Origin: Bdellovibrionota bacterium
GTDB lineage: Bacteria; Bdellovibrionota; UBA1018; CAIPTA01; JAALKR01
Direction of reading: 5' to 3'
Length of the DNA: 64,000 nt
Assembly (NCBI GenBank): GCA_965207455.1
Contig: CBDBMJ010000001.1
Location: 1,600,001 to 1,664,000, forward strand
Positions 39,094 through 50,997 of the stretch are shown here, in pieces. The translations under genes were made by a program, and so were the position numbers. The notes below the pieces were generated by a model, which did not search any database, had not been told where the DNA came from, and worked only from the letters and a program-made list of their open reading frames with translations. Each line of letters begins with the position of its first letter. The stretch's first letter is position 1.

Positions 39094-39633
39094 TTAAAAC
39101 CGAAGGCCACCTCGGACGAGAAAGGATATCCAGCTTCCAGACACCTCTCCTGAGTCAACACTAGCGTTAGAGGCAAAGATATTGTGGAACTCCATACTGA
39201 GTCCAATGAGGCTCGTATTATTGAGATCCAGGTCCGTACCAAAGCTAAGGTTCATGCCAAAGTGGGTGGTATTATCCTTTTTTTTTGCGTTATACAGGCC
39301 CACACCTGCGGAGACGTAGGGAACGAGTTGATCCACAAAAAATAAATTTCCTCGAATGCCAAGGGTAGCTGAGGTGAGGTAGAGCAGTTCGTTATGGGTA
39401 CTGCGGGTAATATTAGAGTGGAGGGAAAAGGACTCGCTAGCAGCGTATTCATAGAACAAGCCGGGAGAGGTATTTGCGTTTACTCCTTCTCCGAGGATTC
39501 CAGCTGGCCAAACTTGACCAAAGCGAACCCCTACAGTATGTGGGGAATTTTCAGCCCACGCAGGGGTGCTTAAAAAAAAGAGCAGAAAGAGAGCAAAAAA
39601 CTTGCTCTCTTTCTTTAAACGTTTACAAAACAC
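39094..39633 (-). CDS. Outer-membrane beta-barrel protein
   Basis: Signal ..STPAWA; PYVSAGVG; amphipathic strands; terminal Phe (GLRF). Confidence 0.75.
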   Translation of the reverse strand: MFCKRLKKESKFFALFLLFFLSTPAWAENSPHTVGVRFGQVWPAGILGEGVNANTSPGLFYEYAASESFSLHSNITRSTHNELLYLTSATLGIRGNLFFVDQLVPYVSAGVGLYNAKKKDNTTHFGMNLSFGTDLDLNNTSLIGLSMEFHNIFASNASVDSGEVSGSWISFLVRGGLRF

Positions 39634-39664
39634 AAGCGTACAACTTCCTATTGTTAACGAACAC

Positions 39665-40060
39665 CTATTGGGTAACAGGGGTTTCGCTTACAGCAGAAGG
39701 TGCTTCTTTTGTAGGCATACTTGTATGAGGTACTTTTTCCGTTGTTTCATACCTTGCCATCTCTGGGGCAAAATTCTTGCGAATATAGCCAGAGAAGGAT
39801 CCATCACCATCGCTGATGATTTTCTTTAGCAGCTCTACAGGAATTGGATTGCTGTTTCTGCGCTCCGATTCATATAATAACTGAGTCAATGTTACCTGAG
39901 TAATATTGTTCTTTGTTTTGTTGTCAATAACACATAGATCATCACCATTTTTTATCATCTGTGAGATCTCTGCTAGAGTTACATAGCAACTCTGGTACGT
40001 GTCATATAGTTTACGGTTTTGGTATCTCTTTATTACTTTTTTTTCATTCATTTCATTCAT
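39665..40060 (-). CDS. PhaR-like (PHA synthesis regulator) DNA-binding domain protein
   Basis: IKRYQNRKLYDTYQSCYVTL, VIDNKT..IT..TL.Q. Confidence 0.85.
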   Translation of the reverse strand: MNEMNEKKVIKRYQNRKLYDTYQSCYVTLAEISQMIKNGDDLCVIDNKTKNNITQVTLTQLLYESERRNSNPIPVELLKKIISDGDGSFSGYIRKNFAPEMARYETTEKVPHTSMPTKEAPSAVSETPVTQ

Positions 40061-40433
40061 AATTTTAACTCCACCTTTTGTATACAGCCCCATGTCAAAT
40101 AATACAAGTACTAAAAAACATTAAACTGTAGATTCCTCCAAAATAAACTAGTTATTTAAGTTTCTATTTTTCTATTAAGTTTCTTATAGAGGTTCTTAAT
40201 GTAATTATGCTGTCTTGCCAATAAAAAAATGTATTTTCCTTACATTTATAACGTACCGACTAAATTAGTTAATATACGAAAATCTCTACCCTAGCCACTA
40301 TGGCGGCTATACAGCATTTTTTTTGCAGCATAAAAAACAATATCATATCAAAAAAATACAGTAAAAAAAGACTTTTTGCAGAAAAAAAAGAGAATTACTA
40401 AGCATTTTGCACGCCGCATCCGAAGAGCTAGGT

Positions 40434-42320
40434 ATGGCCGCTAGGATCAAACAAAAAAATAAAATAAAGTTTTTATGGGTGTTTTTGCCTCTTTTAGCAA
40501 CGAGCTGTTCTACTTTACCTATTGCTCTAGAAGAGTCCCCTTTTCTGTCCCTATCATTGTGGGATGAGGAGGATTCAAAAAAAGTAGGGGATGAGAAAGA
40601 AAGTGCTCCGTTACACACACTTTCCTCCAGTGAGCACGCGGCTGCGGCCATTCGAAACTTTTCCTTAGGCCAGGCGTACTCTTTAAATAATAAAACAGAC
40701 AGGGCAATTGAATCCTATAGGGCTGCGTTGGTCTATGATCCCAACTCTCCATTGGTCCATACAAGTTTAGCTGCTGAGTTGTTAAAGAAGGGACACAATT
40801 TATTGGAGGCAAAAAGTATTTGTGAGAAAGCCATTGCCCTTGATTCTAGTTATGTAGATGCGTATTTATTGTTGGCAGGTATTCATGTTTTGTCCAAGGA
40901 ATACACACAGTCCATTGCCACGTATAAAAAAGTACTACAGATCAGTTCCACGAATAGGGATGCACTCCTATACTATGGGATCACGTTAGCAGAAAGTGGA
41001 AAGTTGGAAGAGGGTGAGGGGATTTTAAAAAAATTAGTGAAGTTGGAGGATAGCTTGGACACTCAGATCACTAAGGCCATTGTTTGGTTTTATTTGGCAA
41101 AGGTGCAGGTGCAAAATAAAAAATTTCAAGCAGCTACTTTTTCTTTGCAGCAAGCGTTACTAGAGAATCCGGGTTTTTTAAAGGCTGGGCTTTTTCTAGC
41201 CGACACGTATTTAGCATTGGATATGGAAAAGGAGTCCATTGCAGTGTTAAGGAATGTATTTGCAGAGCAGGAGGACCCGCTGATTGCAGCGCGTTTAGCT
41301 GCGTATTTTCTCAGCACATCGAAGTTTGAAGAGTCGGTTCCCTATTTAGAGACGGTGGTGGAGTCGGATCCAAAAAACATCAATGCTAAAATTCGTTTAG
41401 CTCTTATTTATTGGCAATTAAAATGGCATGAAAAATCCCACAGGCTTTTCCTATCTATTTATGAGGAGCAGCCTCAGAGTAACGAAATATTATTTTACTT
41501 AGGCGAGTTGGAATTGGAGCGTGTGGGAGGGGATCGAGCCATACAGTACTTTAAGAAAATCGATCCACAGTACTCTCGTTATGAGGAATCGGTTCACCGG
41601 GTGGTGTCGATTTATCAAGGCATGGATAAAATCCAAGACGCGGTGGTATTTTTAGAGAATTCCATGATAGCCCGTCCTGATCTAGCTTCTTTTTATGCCA
41701 TTCTTGGGCGAGTGTATGAGGACAAAAAAAGGTTAGTGATGGCCATTCAAGTTTTGAAGAGGGGACGGGAAGAGTTCCCTGATCAGGAGGATATTCTCTA
41801 CTACTTGGGATATCTCTACGATCGTGTGGGAGAAAAGAAAAAAGGATTTCAGGTAATGGAGATTCTTTTAGAAAAAAATCCGGAAAACGTTCAAGCGTTA
41901 AATTATATTGGTTACACATTGCTTATTTCTAGGAAGGATATGAAAAAGGCTCAAAGCTATTTGGAGCGAGCAATACGACTCCAGCCCAACGATCCTCATA
42001 TTTTGGACAGCTACGGCTGGTCGCTTTTCCAACAGGGAAAAGTAGAGGAAGCGTTAATACAGTTGGAGCTTGCGGCAAGGATGAAGCCTGGGGAAGGCAT
42101 TATCGCGGAGCACTTGGCCGAGGTATATTTAAATTTAAATTGGAGGCATAAAGCCTTGTTAGCGTATAAAAATGCCTTGCAAGGTATGACTAAAGGTGAA
42201 GACCAGGTGCGCGTGCAAAATAAAATCGAAAATATTAGTGGGATTTTAGGAGTGCGTATGAAATATGAAAAGATTAGACTTCCAGCGTCTCGAACCTGTA
42301 AAGGAGTGGACTGCCTTTAA
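40434..42320 (+). CDS. TPR-repeat lipoprotein
   Basis: Lipobox LATSC; many TPR helices; ALNYIGY, DSYGW, EHLAEVY; C-term RLPAS. Confidence 0.88.
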   Translation: MAARIKQKNKIKFLWVFLPLLATSCSTLPIALEESPFLSLSLWDEEDSKKVGDEKESAPLHTLSSSEHAAAAIRNFSLGQAYSLNNKTDRAIESYRAALVYDPNSPLVHTSLAAELLKKGHNLLEAKSICEKAIALDSSYVDAYLLLAGIHVLSKEYTQSIATYKKVLQISSTNRDALLYYGITLAESGKLEEGEGILKKLVKLEDSLDTQITKAIVWFYLAKVQVQNKKFQAATFSLQQALLENPGFLKAGLFLADTYLALDMEKESIAVLRNVFAEQEDPLIAARLAAYFLSTSKFEESVPYLETVVESDPKNINAKIRLALIYWQLKWHEKSHRLFLSIYEEQPQSNEILFYLGELELERVGGDRAIQYFKKIDPQYSRYEESVHRVVSIYQGMDKIQDAVVFLENSMIARPDLASFYAILGRVYEDKKRLVMAIQVLKRGREEFPDQEDILYYLGYLYDRVGEKKKGFQVMEILLEKNPENVQALNYIGYTLLISRKDMKKAQSYLERAIRLQPNDPHILDSYGWSLFQQGKVEEALIQLELAARMKPGEGIIAEHLAEVYLNLNWRHKALLAYKNALQGMTKGEDQVRVQNKIENISGILGVRMKYEKIRLPASRTCKGVDCL

Positions 42321-42340
42321 ATAAAATCTTATTTATTTTT

Positions 42341-42655
42341 GTGGAAGCCGATGGTGAATATATGAATTTACAATGCTTTACTTGGGACGACGAAGAGTTT
42401 TTAGAATTAACGGAAAACCTTTTAGCCTTTTTACCATTTCAAGATGTATATCTCTCTCCCTACCTTGTGGCACCATACATTGGAGTCATGCAATATAACA
42501 GAGAGCTTCTTCCCGTGGAGGGACCGGCACCATTACAAGAAAGTCCTCGGAAGCAGGGATGGTTACTTGTGTATGAAGATCACGCAAAGGCTGTGCGACA
42601 TATTCCCGATTTCATCGACGATACTTTGGAAAAACCAGATATGGAAAAAAAATAA
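42341..42655 (+). CDS. Hypothetical protein
   Basis: 104-aa ORF 20 bp after TPR gene on the same strand; no recognised motif. Confidence 0.5.
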   Translation: MEADGEYMNLQCFTWDDEEFLELTENLLAFLPFQDVYLSPYLVAPYIGVMQYNRELLPVEGPAPLQESPRKQGWLLVYEDHAKAVRHIPDFIDDTLEKPDMEKK

Positions 42656-42824
42656 GATCGTATACAGAGTGCTACTTCTTAGTAGCACTCTGTATTACGA
42701 AATGAGTGTGTTGTTCTTGACTAACTGAAGGGTCAGTGTTTGACTATTCATTCAGTATAAATAGTTTTAATTTATTTGCAACAGTCTTTAATAAAATATT
42801 TAAAATAATTTAAAAAAAAAAATT

Positions 42825-44015
42825 TTAATGTTTAAAAGTGGGGTCCGGAAATCCTTTTAAGTGGTTATCCACAATTTTTACAAACTTTTCAGTGAAGATT
42901 TCTCTAGAAAAATGTAACGCGTGGTCGCGGCAATCCTTATTTTGAAAAGATAATTCCCCTGTCTCTAATTTCCTTACACTTTCCATAAGTGATTCCACAC
43001 TTTGTTCTGGAAATAATATGCCGGTTTTTTCTGTAACAGTGTCTAGTACACCGCCGGCGCCGTATGCAATAACAGGTCGTCCACTGGCCATGGATTCGAG
43101 AGGAGTAATTCCAAAATCTTCTAGGCCGGGAAAAATAAGAGCTTTGCTTTGTTGGTACAGTGGGGTAAGTTCCTCATTGGAAAGTTTTCCTAAAAATTCA
43201 ATGTTAGTGCCGTTTGTACGAGAGGCTATTTTTTTTAAACGCTTCTCATCCTGCCCCCCACCCACAATTTTTAATGGAAGGTTTAATTGCTGGAACGCTT
43301 CTATAGCTAAGTCGATACGTTTGTAGGGAGCGAAGGCAGAAACGACTAAATAAAAATTATTTGGCTCCGCATTGTCTCCAACATAAGGGAAGCGATGGAT
43401 GTCTGCAAAGGGAAATAAAACGGTAGACGTACGGTCCCAATATTTTTTTATCCGATTTTGTATAAAGTGGGAGTTGGCAATGAGGTGGTGCACATTTTTT
43501 GTGGAACTTTTGTCCCACCGTTGCAGGGGTTTTCTTAATAGGTTAGCGAGTACGATAGTGGGGTAGTTGGTACTTTGGGTATTGAAGTAATCGTGGAACA
43601 TGTCCCAGATATAGCGCATAGGTGTGGATATATAGGAAATATGAATGGCACTAGGGCGCACCTGCACAGCCTTTGCCACACAATGGCTGTGACTGAGAAC
43701 CATGTCGTAAGAGGAAAGATCAAACGTAGAAATGGCGTGGGGAAAGAGGGGGAGCATCTTGCGATAGGATTTGGAGATTCCCCCAAAGCGCATACATTTT
43801 TGTAGGTAGCTGGTATGTACCTTACGTCCATTTAAAATATTGGGACTCATTTTTTTATCTGTCCACAGGAGAGTGTAGAGATCCGCATTAGGAAATAATT
43901 CACAAATTACATCTAGGATGGCTTCCCCACCGCGCATTCCCGTAAGCCAGTCATGAACGATGGCCACTCTTCCTTTTTCTTGTGTCCATGGGGGAAGAGA
44001 AAATTCTCTAGGCAT
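42825..44015 (-). CDS. Glycosyltransferase family 4
   Basis: VHDWLTGMRGGE, TPMRYIWD, PYKRIDLAI, EDFGITPLESMASGRPVIAYG. Confidence 0.93.
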   Translation of the reverse strand: MPREFSLPPWTQEKGRVAIVHDWLTGMRGGEAILDVICELFPNADLYTLLWTDKKMSPNILNGRKVHTSYLQKCMRFGGISKSYRKMLPLFPHAISTFDLSSYDMVLSHSHCVAKAVQVRPSAIHISYISTPMRYIWDMFHDYFNTQSTNYPTIVLANLLRKPLQRWDKSSTKNVHHLIANSHFIQNRIKKYWDRTSTVLFPFADIHRFPYVGDNAEPNNFYLVVSAFAPYKRIDLAIEAFQQLNLPLKIVGGGQDEKRLKKIASRTNGTNIEFLGKLSNEELTPLYQQSKALIFPGLEDFGITPLESMASGRPVIAYGAGGVLDTVTEKTGILFPEQSVESLMESVRKLETGELSFQNKDCRDHALHFSREIFTEKFVKIVDNHLKGFPDPTFKH

Positions 44016-45327
44016 GATTCTTTTCCTTCCTCTTTTTTGTTTGGGCTTGTAGGGCAAGCACAAGGGTAATCCATAGCATTAAGCCGTGATGGCTCTTGGC
44101 ATCGAAAAAATTCACTTGAGTGAGACCGTTTACTTGAAAGGAAAGGCCGCCGACTAACAGAGCAGCGGGTAGCCATCGTTCTGATAGCGGTGTTTTTTTA
44201 TAGATTTCCCAAATAACATAAAACAGATAAGCCCACCATGCGAGGAAAGCCAGAAGACCCAGCAGCCCCATGGTGGAAAATATTTCTAAGATATTGTTAT
44301 GGGCATTGCTACTAAACGCTCGTTGTTTCTTAAATGCTTTGATGGCATAGGCGTTGGAGTAGTGGGTGGATTGTCCAAAGCCTATACCGAGTAAGGGACG
44401 ATCTTTGGCCATCTCCAATGCATTTTGCCACATATATATTCTGTTCCAGCCGAAGCCACTATGGAAGCGATCGCTCACGGAGGGCACTGTTTCCCAAAGA
44501 AGAGCTCCTAGTAGCACAAGGCCTGTCGACACGATAAGGGCTCTTTTAGGGCTCTTTAGGAGAAAGAGAGCTATGGTGCAAGCAAACAGGGTGACCCAGG
44601 CTATGCGGGAGTAGGATAGGAAGAGAGCCACTCCGACAATAAGTGCCAGCACTCCCCATGACTTTCTCCAAAGCGGGGAGTCGTTAGGGCGTTTCCAAAG
44701 AAATCGAGCAAGAGCATAGCAGTAGGAAAAACTAAGGGTGGAGGCAAAGGCTAGGTGAAACAAGAAGAGTCCTTGGGCGTGGGAGTAGCGTGCCTGTGTA
44801 CCTTGTATCGTTCGGAAAAACAGGGGGACTTTCTTGTTTACTTCGTGAACAAATTCTGCTCCGAAAATAGCTCCAGCAAAGAATTGAAAGATACCTACTA
44901 GGGCAGCAAATAGGCTTGCCCAGAAGATCACATTCCATAGGGGGTGATCTTCCAGTGAGGTTTTTTTCATGGCGACAAGGCAAATGAGGCACCAGGCAAA
45001 GGCAGGGGCAATGAGAAAATAAAGGAATTTTTTTAAAAAATATGGTGGGAGGATGGGGTCTCCAAAGGGGGGGGACCACCAGGCGTAGAGTAAGCTAAGA
45101 ACAGCAGAAAGAACGAGCAGGGCAGTAAGTTTCCAGTAGGTGGAGGGAAAGAGAAGGGGGGGGTATAGGGATTGTTTTTCTCGATACAGGAAGAAAAGGG
45201 TGACGAGGAGAAGGAGGATGCCGCTAATTGTCATTGCGAACATAAATGTAAGCGTGGCTCCTACCCATAGGAGTAGGCTCCACTGCCATAGTCTGCTTGC
45301 TTGGGGGGACAATTCCATGTCTCCCAA
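44008..45327 (-). CDS. O-antigen ligase/polymerase family membrane protein
   Basis: Multiple TM helices; SYSRIAW, R..MW..A, PLLGIG.G, AHNN.L. Confidence 0.85.
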   Translation of the reverse strand: MGDMELSPQASRLWQWSLLLWVGATLTFMFAMTISGILLLLVTLFFLYREKQSLYPPLLFPSTYWKLTALLVLSAVLSLLYAWWSPPFGDPILPPYFLKKFLYFLIAPAFAWCLICLVAMKKTSLEDHPLWNVIFWASLFAALVGIFQFFAGAIFGAEFVHEVNKKVPLFFRTIQGTQARYSHAQGLFLFHLAFASTLSFSYCYALARFLWKRPNDSPLWRKSWGVLALIVGVALFLSYSRIAWVTLFACTIALFLLKSPKRALIVSTGLVLLGALLWETVPSVSDRFHSGFGWNRIYMWQNALEMAKDRPLLGIGFGQSTHYSNAYAIKAFKKQRAFSSNAHNNILEIFSTMGLLGLLAFLAWWAYLFYVIWEIYKKTPLSERWLPAALLVGGLSFQVNGLTQVNFFDAKSHHGLMLWITLVLALQAQTKKRKEKNHA

Positions 45328-45362
45328 AATTATACAATTTGTGGTATTTGTCTACTGGTTAT

Positions 45363-45932
45363 ATGGGATGGTTTAGAAAGGTGCAGTTTATTTTTTTCCT
45401 ATGCTTCCCCCTACATGTATGGGGGAGTGCAGTGCCCTTGCCCCCAAAGCCTCAGGACAGTTCTTCCTGTAATGAGGAGTATATGAAGTTATCCAGTGGC
45501 GTGGCTGGGTGCAACTGGTTGGTGACGTATCGTAACCGTACCTATGATTTATATCCATTAACTCGGTCGAATTTGTCCCGTCCATTGAAGAGAGGAATCC
45601 GTTCTATCTTACATAGTGTGCCCAAGGCGCGCGGGCATATGGAGAGAGCAGAGCGATCGATTCAGGAGGCCAAGGAGTATGGCAGGTGGGCCAGTCTTGG
45701 TTTATTGAGTCTTGCGGGTATGCAATTGGCCTATGCTTCCAGTGATTATTTACAGGAGGAGCTGAAGGTGGTGGTTTATCCTCTTTCCATTGTTTCGGGT
45801 TTAGTTTTTCTTCGTTCTGCGATTTTAGGTTGGAGGAGGAATCAGGAAACAAAAGAGGAGTTAGCGTTAGCGGTGCAAACATTTAATGCTGAAAGTAGGG
45901 AGCCCATTTTGCCCTATAAAGGAGATCCGTAG
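45363..45932 (+). CDS. Hypothetical exported/membrane protein
   Basis: Signal-like [21 protein letters not shown]; two TM helices; ends 4 bp before carB. Confidence 0.65.
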   Translation: MGWFRKVQFIFFLCFPLHVWGSAVPLPPKPQDSSSCNEEYMKLSSGVAGCNWLVTYRNRTYDLYPLTRSNLSRPLKRGIRSILHSVPKARGHMERAERSIQEAKEYGRWASLGLLSLAGMQLAYASSDYLQEELKVVVYPLSIVSGLVFLRSAILGWRRNQETKEELALAVQTFNAESREPILPYKGDP

Positions 45933-45936
45933 GCAT

Positions 45937-48900
45937 ATGCCAAAGCGTAGCGACATACATTCTGTATTAGTAATTGGTAGTGGTCCCATTGTGATTGGTC
46001 AGGCCTGTGAGTTTGATTATTCTGGGAACCAGGCTTTGCGAGCGTTGAGGCAGGAGGGTTGCCGTACGATTTTGGTAAATTCCAATCCAGCCACTATTAT
46101 GACGGATCCAGATTCTGCGGACGTGGTGTATATAGAGCCTCTCACGGTGCCATTTCTAGAAAAGATATTAGAAAAAGAGCGTCCCGACGCAATTTTATCG
46201 ACGATGGGAGGGCAAACTGCGCTCAACCTAGCGGTTCGTTTGGAAGAAAAAGGAATTTTAAAAAAATATGGAGTGGAGCTTCTGGGTGCGAATGCTGAAG
46301 TGATTAAGCGAGCAGAAAATCGGAGTGAGTTTCGGAAGATTATGTTGGATGCGGGAATTTCTGTTCCCAAGAGTTGGTTAGTGCATTCTTTGGAGGAAGC
46401 GGAGTCTTTATTGACTGAGGATACATTTCCTCTTATTTTGAGGCCATCTTTTACTTTAGGTGGAGAGGGTGGTGGTGTTGTATACGACAAAAAATCCTGT
46501 TTTTTAGCTTTAGAAAAAGCTTTAAAAATTTCTCCAGTCTCTGAGGTGTTGGTGGAGGAGTCACTCATTGGTTGGAAAGAGTATGAGTTGGAGGTGGTTC
46601 GAGATTCTAAGGACAATGTAATTATTGTTTGTTCCATTGAGAATTTGGATCCCATGGGTGTGCATACAGGCGACAGTATTACGGTTGCTCCTGCACAAAC
46701 GTTGACAGATGGAGAATACCAGCGACTACGGGATCTGGCCATCACCGTTGTTCGTTTAATTGGTGTGAACACGGGGGGAGCTAATGTGCAATTTGCGGTG
46801 GACCCCAAGACGGATCGTTATGTGGTGATTGAAATTAATCCCAGGGTTTCCCGATCGTCGGCCTTAGCGTCCAAGGCAACGGGTTTTCCCATTGCAAAGG
46901 TTGCTGCTCGTCTAGCGTTAGGTTATACATTGGACGAGTTAACGAACGACATTACGAAAATTACACCTGCCAGTTTTGAGCCGACCATGGACTACGTGGT
47001 GGTAAAAATTCCTCGCTTTGACTTTGAGAAGTTTCAAAAAGCCACGCCCTTTCTCAACACCACCATGCGATCTATTGGGGAAGTCATGGCCATGGGTTCT
47101 ACCTTTAAGGAGGCTTTTTTAAAAGCGCTTTCTGGTTTAGAGACGGATCAAACCTATTTAATGCCCACAAAGTTCGACGAGGATCCCAGTGCCACCGATA
47201 CTGAGTTATTGGAATTTTTATCCCGTTCCCACCACCGGAGGGTTTTTTATTTAGCCAGTGCCATTCGTAGGTCGATTCCTTTAAAAACTCTCCAGGATGT
47301 AACGGGAGTGGATCTGTGGTTTTTATCCCAATTCTCAGAAATTATTGCCATGGAGAAGGGTCTTAAAGAATTAAAAACATTGGATGTGTTTCGTACGGAT
47401 CCAGGATTATTAGCCAGGGTGAAGTCCTATGGATTTAGCGACCACGCTCTTTCCCATATTCTTGGCGTGGAGGAAGCGGATATTCGCACCCTTCGACACA
47501 AATTAAATGTTCGCCCCCAATATTTGCCTGTGGACACTTGTGCCGCTGAGTTTGAAGCCTTCACTCCCTATCTTTATAGTACCTATGGTAATTGGCAAGA
47601 GCCGGGTAGTGCGCACTCCACTGCTGTGGAATACCCGCCGGTGAGTGAGAAGCAGGAAAAAACGGTGATCATTCTTGGTGGAGGCCCCAATCGTATTGGT
47701 CAAGGTATTGAGTTTGATTATTGTTGTGTTCATGCTTCTTTGTCGTTACAGGAGGCCGGTTATCATGTGGTTATGGTTAATTGCAATCCGGAAACGGTGA
47801 GCACGGATTTTGATATTTCCAATCGTCTATACTTTGAGCCGTTAACAGCGGAGTCCGTGCTAGAGATTGCTTATATGGAAAATCCCAAGGGGGTAGTTGT
47901 GCAGTTTGGGGGGCAGACACCGTTGAACATTGCCCGCACATTGGAGCAGGAGGGGGTTACCATTTTAGGCACTTCCGTGGATTCCATCGATTCCGCAGAG
48001 GATCGGGATCGTTGTCAGGATTTAGCTAGAAATTTTGGTTTGAAGATTCCAGAAAACGGTACTGTTTCTTCTATTCGTGAGGCATTGGTATTGGCAAAGC
48101 GTATTGGGTTTCCTGTTTTAGTTCGACCCAGTTATGTGCTCGGAGGTCGAGCCATGCACGTTTTATATTCAGAGTCGTCGTTAGAAACGTTAGCCCAGGA
48201 GGCGTTTACCATATCGCGTGGTTCGCCCCTGTTTATTGATCGTTTTTTAAATAACGCCACAGAGGTGGACGTGGACGTGCTTTGTGACGGAACAACTGCC
48301 GTGGTGGGTGCAGTGATGGAGCATATTGAGAAGGCAGGGATTCATTCCGGAGATTCTTTTTGTGCCATACCGCCCTTTTCCCTTTCACCGCAGATGAGTG
48401 AGCGTATTCGTGGTGCTGCTCGGGAACTTGCCTTTGCGTTTCAGGTAAAGGGTTTAATGAATGTGCAGTTGGCAGTTCAGGGAGAGGATATATATCTTAT
48501 TGAGGTAAATCCCCGGGCTTCCCGAACGGTTCCCTTTGCTAGTAAGGCTATTGGAGTTCCCATGGCAAAGATAGCTGCCCAGTTATTATTAGGAAAGCCC
48601 CTTTCCTCTTTTCAATTGCCTGCGGCTTTAGACGAGACACCTGCCCTATATAGTGTAAAGGGCCCCATCTTTCCTTTCGACCGTTTCGATGCGACGGATC
48701 CGATACTAGGGCCAGAGATGCGCTCCACGGGAGAGGTTATGGGCAGGGACACGAGCTTTGGTTCTGCCTTTGTAAAATCTTTGCTTGCCAGTAATGTGAT
48801 TATTCCATCGTCGGGCAATGTATTTTTATCCGTCCGTAACGAGGACAAAGATGCCCTATTGGGTGTGGCTAGGGAATTGAGCAGTCGAGGGTTTTCTATT

Positions 48901-49188
48901 TTCGCTACCTACGGCACCCATTTCTTTTTAAAGGACCATGGAATTGAGTCTTCCCATATTCTTAAGTTACAGGAGGGTAGTCCCAATTGTGTGGAGGAGA
49001 TTCGAGCCAATCGGTATGCATTGGTGATTAATACTACCAGCGACGAAAAAGCAGTTCAAGATTCCTATACAATCCGTCGGTCTGCTCTTGAGACAAAAAC
49101 GCCTTGCTTTACAACTATTTCTGCAGCAATAGCAATGCTCAAGGCATTGGAAGCCAATGAAGAAGAGATGAAAGTAAGTGCTTTATGA
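45937..49188 (+). CDS. carB: Carbamoyl-phosphate synthase large subunit
   Basis: [59 protein letters not shown] domain. Confidence 0.98.
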   Translation: MPKRSDIHSVLVIGSGPIVIGQACEFDYSGNQALRALRQEGCRTILVNSNPATIMTDPDSADVVYIEPLTVPFLEKILEKERPDAILSTMGGQTALNLAVRLEEKGILKKYGVELLGANAEVIKRAENRSEFRKIMLDAGISVPKSWLVHSLEEAESLLTEDTFPLILRPSFTLGGEGGGVVYDKKSCFLALEKALKISPVSEVLVEESLIGWKEYELEVVRDSKDNVIIVCSIENLDPMGVHTGDSITVAPAQTLTDGEYQRLRDLAITVVRLIGVNTGGANVQFAVDPKTDRYVVIEINPRVSRSSALASKATGFPIAKVAARLALGYTLDELTNDITKITPASFEPTMDYVVVKIPRFDFEKFQKATPFLNTTMRSIGEVMAMGSTFKEAFLKALSGLETDQTYLMPTKFDEDPSATDTELLEFLSRSHHRRVFYLASAIRRSIPLKTLQDVTGVDLWFLSQFSEIIAMEKGLKELKTLDVFRTDPGLLARVKSYGFSDHALSHILGVEEADIRTLRHKLNVRPQYLPVDTCAAEFEAFTPYLYSTYGNWQEPGSAHSTAVEYPPVSEKQEKTVIILGGGPNRIGQGIEFDYCCVHASLSLQEAGYHVVMVNCNPETVSTDFDISNRLYFEPLTAESVLEIAYMENPKGVVVQFGGQTPLNIARTLEQEGVTILGTSVDSIDSAEDRDRCQDLARNFGLKIPENGTVSSIREALVLAKRIGFPVLVRPSYVLGGRAMHVLYSESSLETLAQEAFTISRGSPLFIDRFLNNATEVDVDVLCDGTTAVVGAVMEHIEKAGIHSGDSFCAIPPFSLSPQMSERIRGAARELAFAFQVKGLMNVQLAVQGEDIYLIEVNPRASRTVPFASKAIGVPMAKIAAQLLLGKPLSSFQLPAALDETPALYSVKGPIFPFDRFDATDPILGPEMRSTGEVMGRDTSFGSAFVKSLLASNVIIPSSGNVFLSVRNEDKDALLGVARELSSRGFSIFATYGTHFFLKDHGIESSHILKLQEGSPNCVEEIRANRYALVINTTSDEKAVQDSYTIRRSALETKTPCFTTISAAIAMLKALEANEEEMKVSAL

Positions 49189-49475
49189 AGTGTTACCACT
49201 GTGGGAGTGCTCTTAGTCGAGGAGACGAAGCACAATGGAGCCGTCGAGATACTTGTTCCCATTGCCACCAGGACGTGCGCATCTGTAAAAATTGCTCATA
49301 CTACGACGAGAGTACTTACAACGAGTGCACAGAAAGCCAAGCAGAGCGTGTATTGGATAAAGAAAAAGCAAATTTTTGCGACTGGTTTCGTCCAAGCATT
49401 GTAAAAGCAGGGAAAAGCAAAGAGACTGGTGATGACAGCAGGCAATCCGCCGAATCCTTATTTAAGAAAAAATAA
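49185..49475 (+). CDS. Cys-rich putative zinc-binding protein
   Basis: CxxC x3, then C...ANFCDWF; ATGA overlap with carB. Confidence 0.8.
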   Translation: MKCYHCGSALSRGDEAQWSRRDTCSHCHQDVRICKNCSYYDESTYNECTESQAERVLDKEKANFCDWFRPSIVKAGKSKETGDDSRQSAESLFKKK

Positions 49476-49547
49476 AAATAATTATTGACCCAATGTATTA
49501 ATTATGAAATAGTGCATAAAAACGCTCAGGCAAAGGAGATAAAGAAA

Positions 49548-50249
49548 ATGATAAAAGTAAAAAATATAGCAGCAATACTCACAATGGCTCTTGTTATAGC
49601 ATTGCCAACACTTGGATATGCCAATGATAGTGCGGATCTTGCATCGCTTGAAAAAAGCCTTGCAACAGCTAAAAGTGCACAAGCCGCTAGAGTAGCTGAA
49701 TATCGAAATGCATTCTATGTAATTGATTTAGAACTAGAACGTATTAAAGACGGTGAGATAAAGATTGGAACGCTTGAAAGAAGAATCGAACTAGCAGAAA
49801 AGGGTGATAGGAATGCTCTCAACGATGGCTATAAGCTGAATTTTGTGGATCAAAATATTGTAGATCTTGGAGCAGAATATCTGAAAGCTAGAGAAAGCTT
49901 TTCCCGCAGGCAAGATATATATATAGATTATTCGTGGCTTTCTGGTTTCACACTGGAAAACATACTTAGAGTTAAAAGGGAAAGTTCCGCACGTAAAGAA
50001 AAGTACGAGCTAGCTAAAGATCGCAGAGATAATCCAGGGTCACCCTCGATTAAAATAGAGGCGAAAATAATCTTAAAATCTCTTGTTAAAGGTTTTATTC
50101 CTGAAAATTATGATTACTGGAAAAATCAATATAAGGATAGTGAAATAATCTTATATAAGATAGTAAATACTTTGTCCCGTGAACTCAGCAAAAATATTAG
50201 AGAAAATGGCAGCATGGACGAAGGATATGAAACAATGCTCTGTAAATAA
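49548..50249 (+). CDS. Hypothetical secreted helical protein
   Basis: AGGAG RBS, ATG 49548, signal MIKVKNIAAILTMALVIALPTLGYA; AT-rich. Confidence 0.72.
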   Translation: MIKVKNIAAILTMALVIALPTLGYANDSADLASLEKSLATAKSAQAARVAEYRNAFYVIDLELERIKDGEIKIGTLERRIELAEKGDRNALNDGYKLNFVDQNIVDLGAEYLKARESFSRRQDIYIDYSWLSGFTLENILRVKRESSARKEKYELAKDRRDNPGSPSIKIEAKIILKSLVKGFIPENYDYWKNQYKDSEIILYKIVNTLSRELSKNIRENGSMDEGYETMLCK

Positions 50250-50342
50250 ATTGAATAGCGGCAACGTTTATTTTATTAATTAGGGCAAAGAGGTATCTAA
50301 AGGTTCTCTAATAGAAACGCCTTCTTTAGAAATAGAGAAGGT

Positions 50343-50915
50343 TTAGTTTTTTTGAAATACGGAGATACCTGCTGGTCCTTGTGTCCGGTGGGAATGGAGA
50401 GAGAAGGATGGAGGTGGAGCAATTTCTTGTTGAGGATCGTGCTCGAGAACAAGGATGGCTTTGGGAGAAAGAAAGGAAGCGCTATCCACTAATTGTAGAA
50501 ATTTATCCCAGTGGGGATATTCGTATGGTGGATCAGCTAGAACAAGATCCACGGGGAAGGATTTTTTGAGTTGAGGAAACGCAGCCCATATATGCTTTGC
50601 CATGATGGTTACTCGATCGTCGCAGCGGAAGTGTGTCACATTTTTCTGTATGGTGTCTAAACTTTTTTGACTATTTTCCACAAAAGTACAGTGTTTTGCA
50701 TTTCGACTGAGGGCCTCAAATCCTAATGCTCCACTGCCAGCAAAAAAGTCAAGGCAATGCCATTGCGCACAGTCTGGAGTTTCGCCTTGCTTTATACGCA
50801 GGGAATTGATAATTCCAAAGATGCACTCACGCACCCGGTTTGTCGTTGGGCGAACGAGTTCGGTTTTGGGACGCTGGAACTTTTGACCACACCAGTCTCC
50901 ACCAGTAATTTTCAT
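50343..50915 (-). CDS. rsmD: 16S rRNA m2G966 methyltransferase
   Basis: RPTTNRVRE, DFFAGSGALGFEALSR, DPPY, LVLEH. Confidence 0.93.
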   Translation of the reverse strand: MKITGGDWCGQKFQRPKTELVRPTTNRVRECIFGIINSLRIKQGETPDCAQWHCLDFFAGSGALGFEALSRNAKHCTFVENSQKSLDTIQKNVTHFRCDDRVTIMAKHIWAAFPQLKKSFPVDLVLADPPYEYPHWDKFLQLVDSASFLSPKAILVLEHDPQQEIAPPPSFSLHSHRTQGPAGISVFQKN

Positions 50916-50997
50916 TCCCCCGTATTACCACAAGGGGCAATGTAGTGCGACGACTTATTTTTTCCACATCACATTAACTTATTTTTCTACATCACAT

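Noticed and set aside
46017..46808. 263-aa antisense ORF in carB
   Set aside because: Shadow ORF of a highly conserved gene; no motifs
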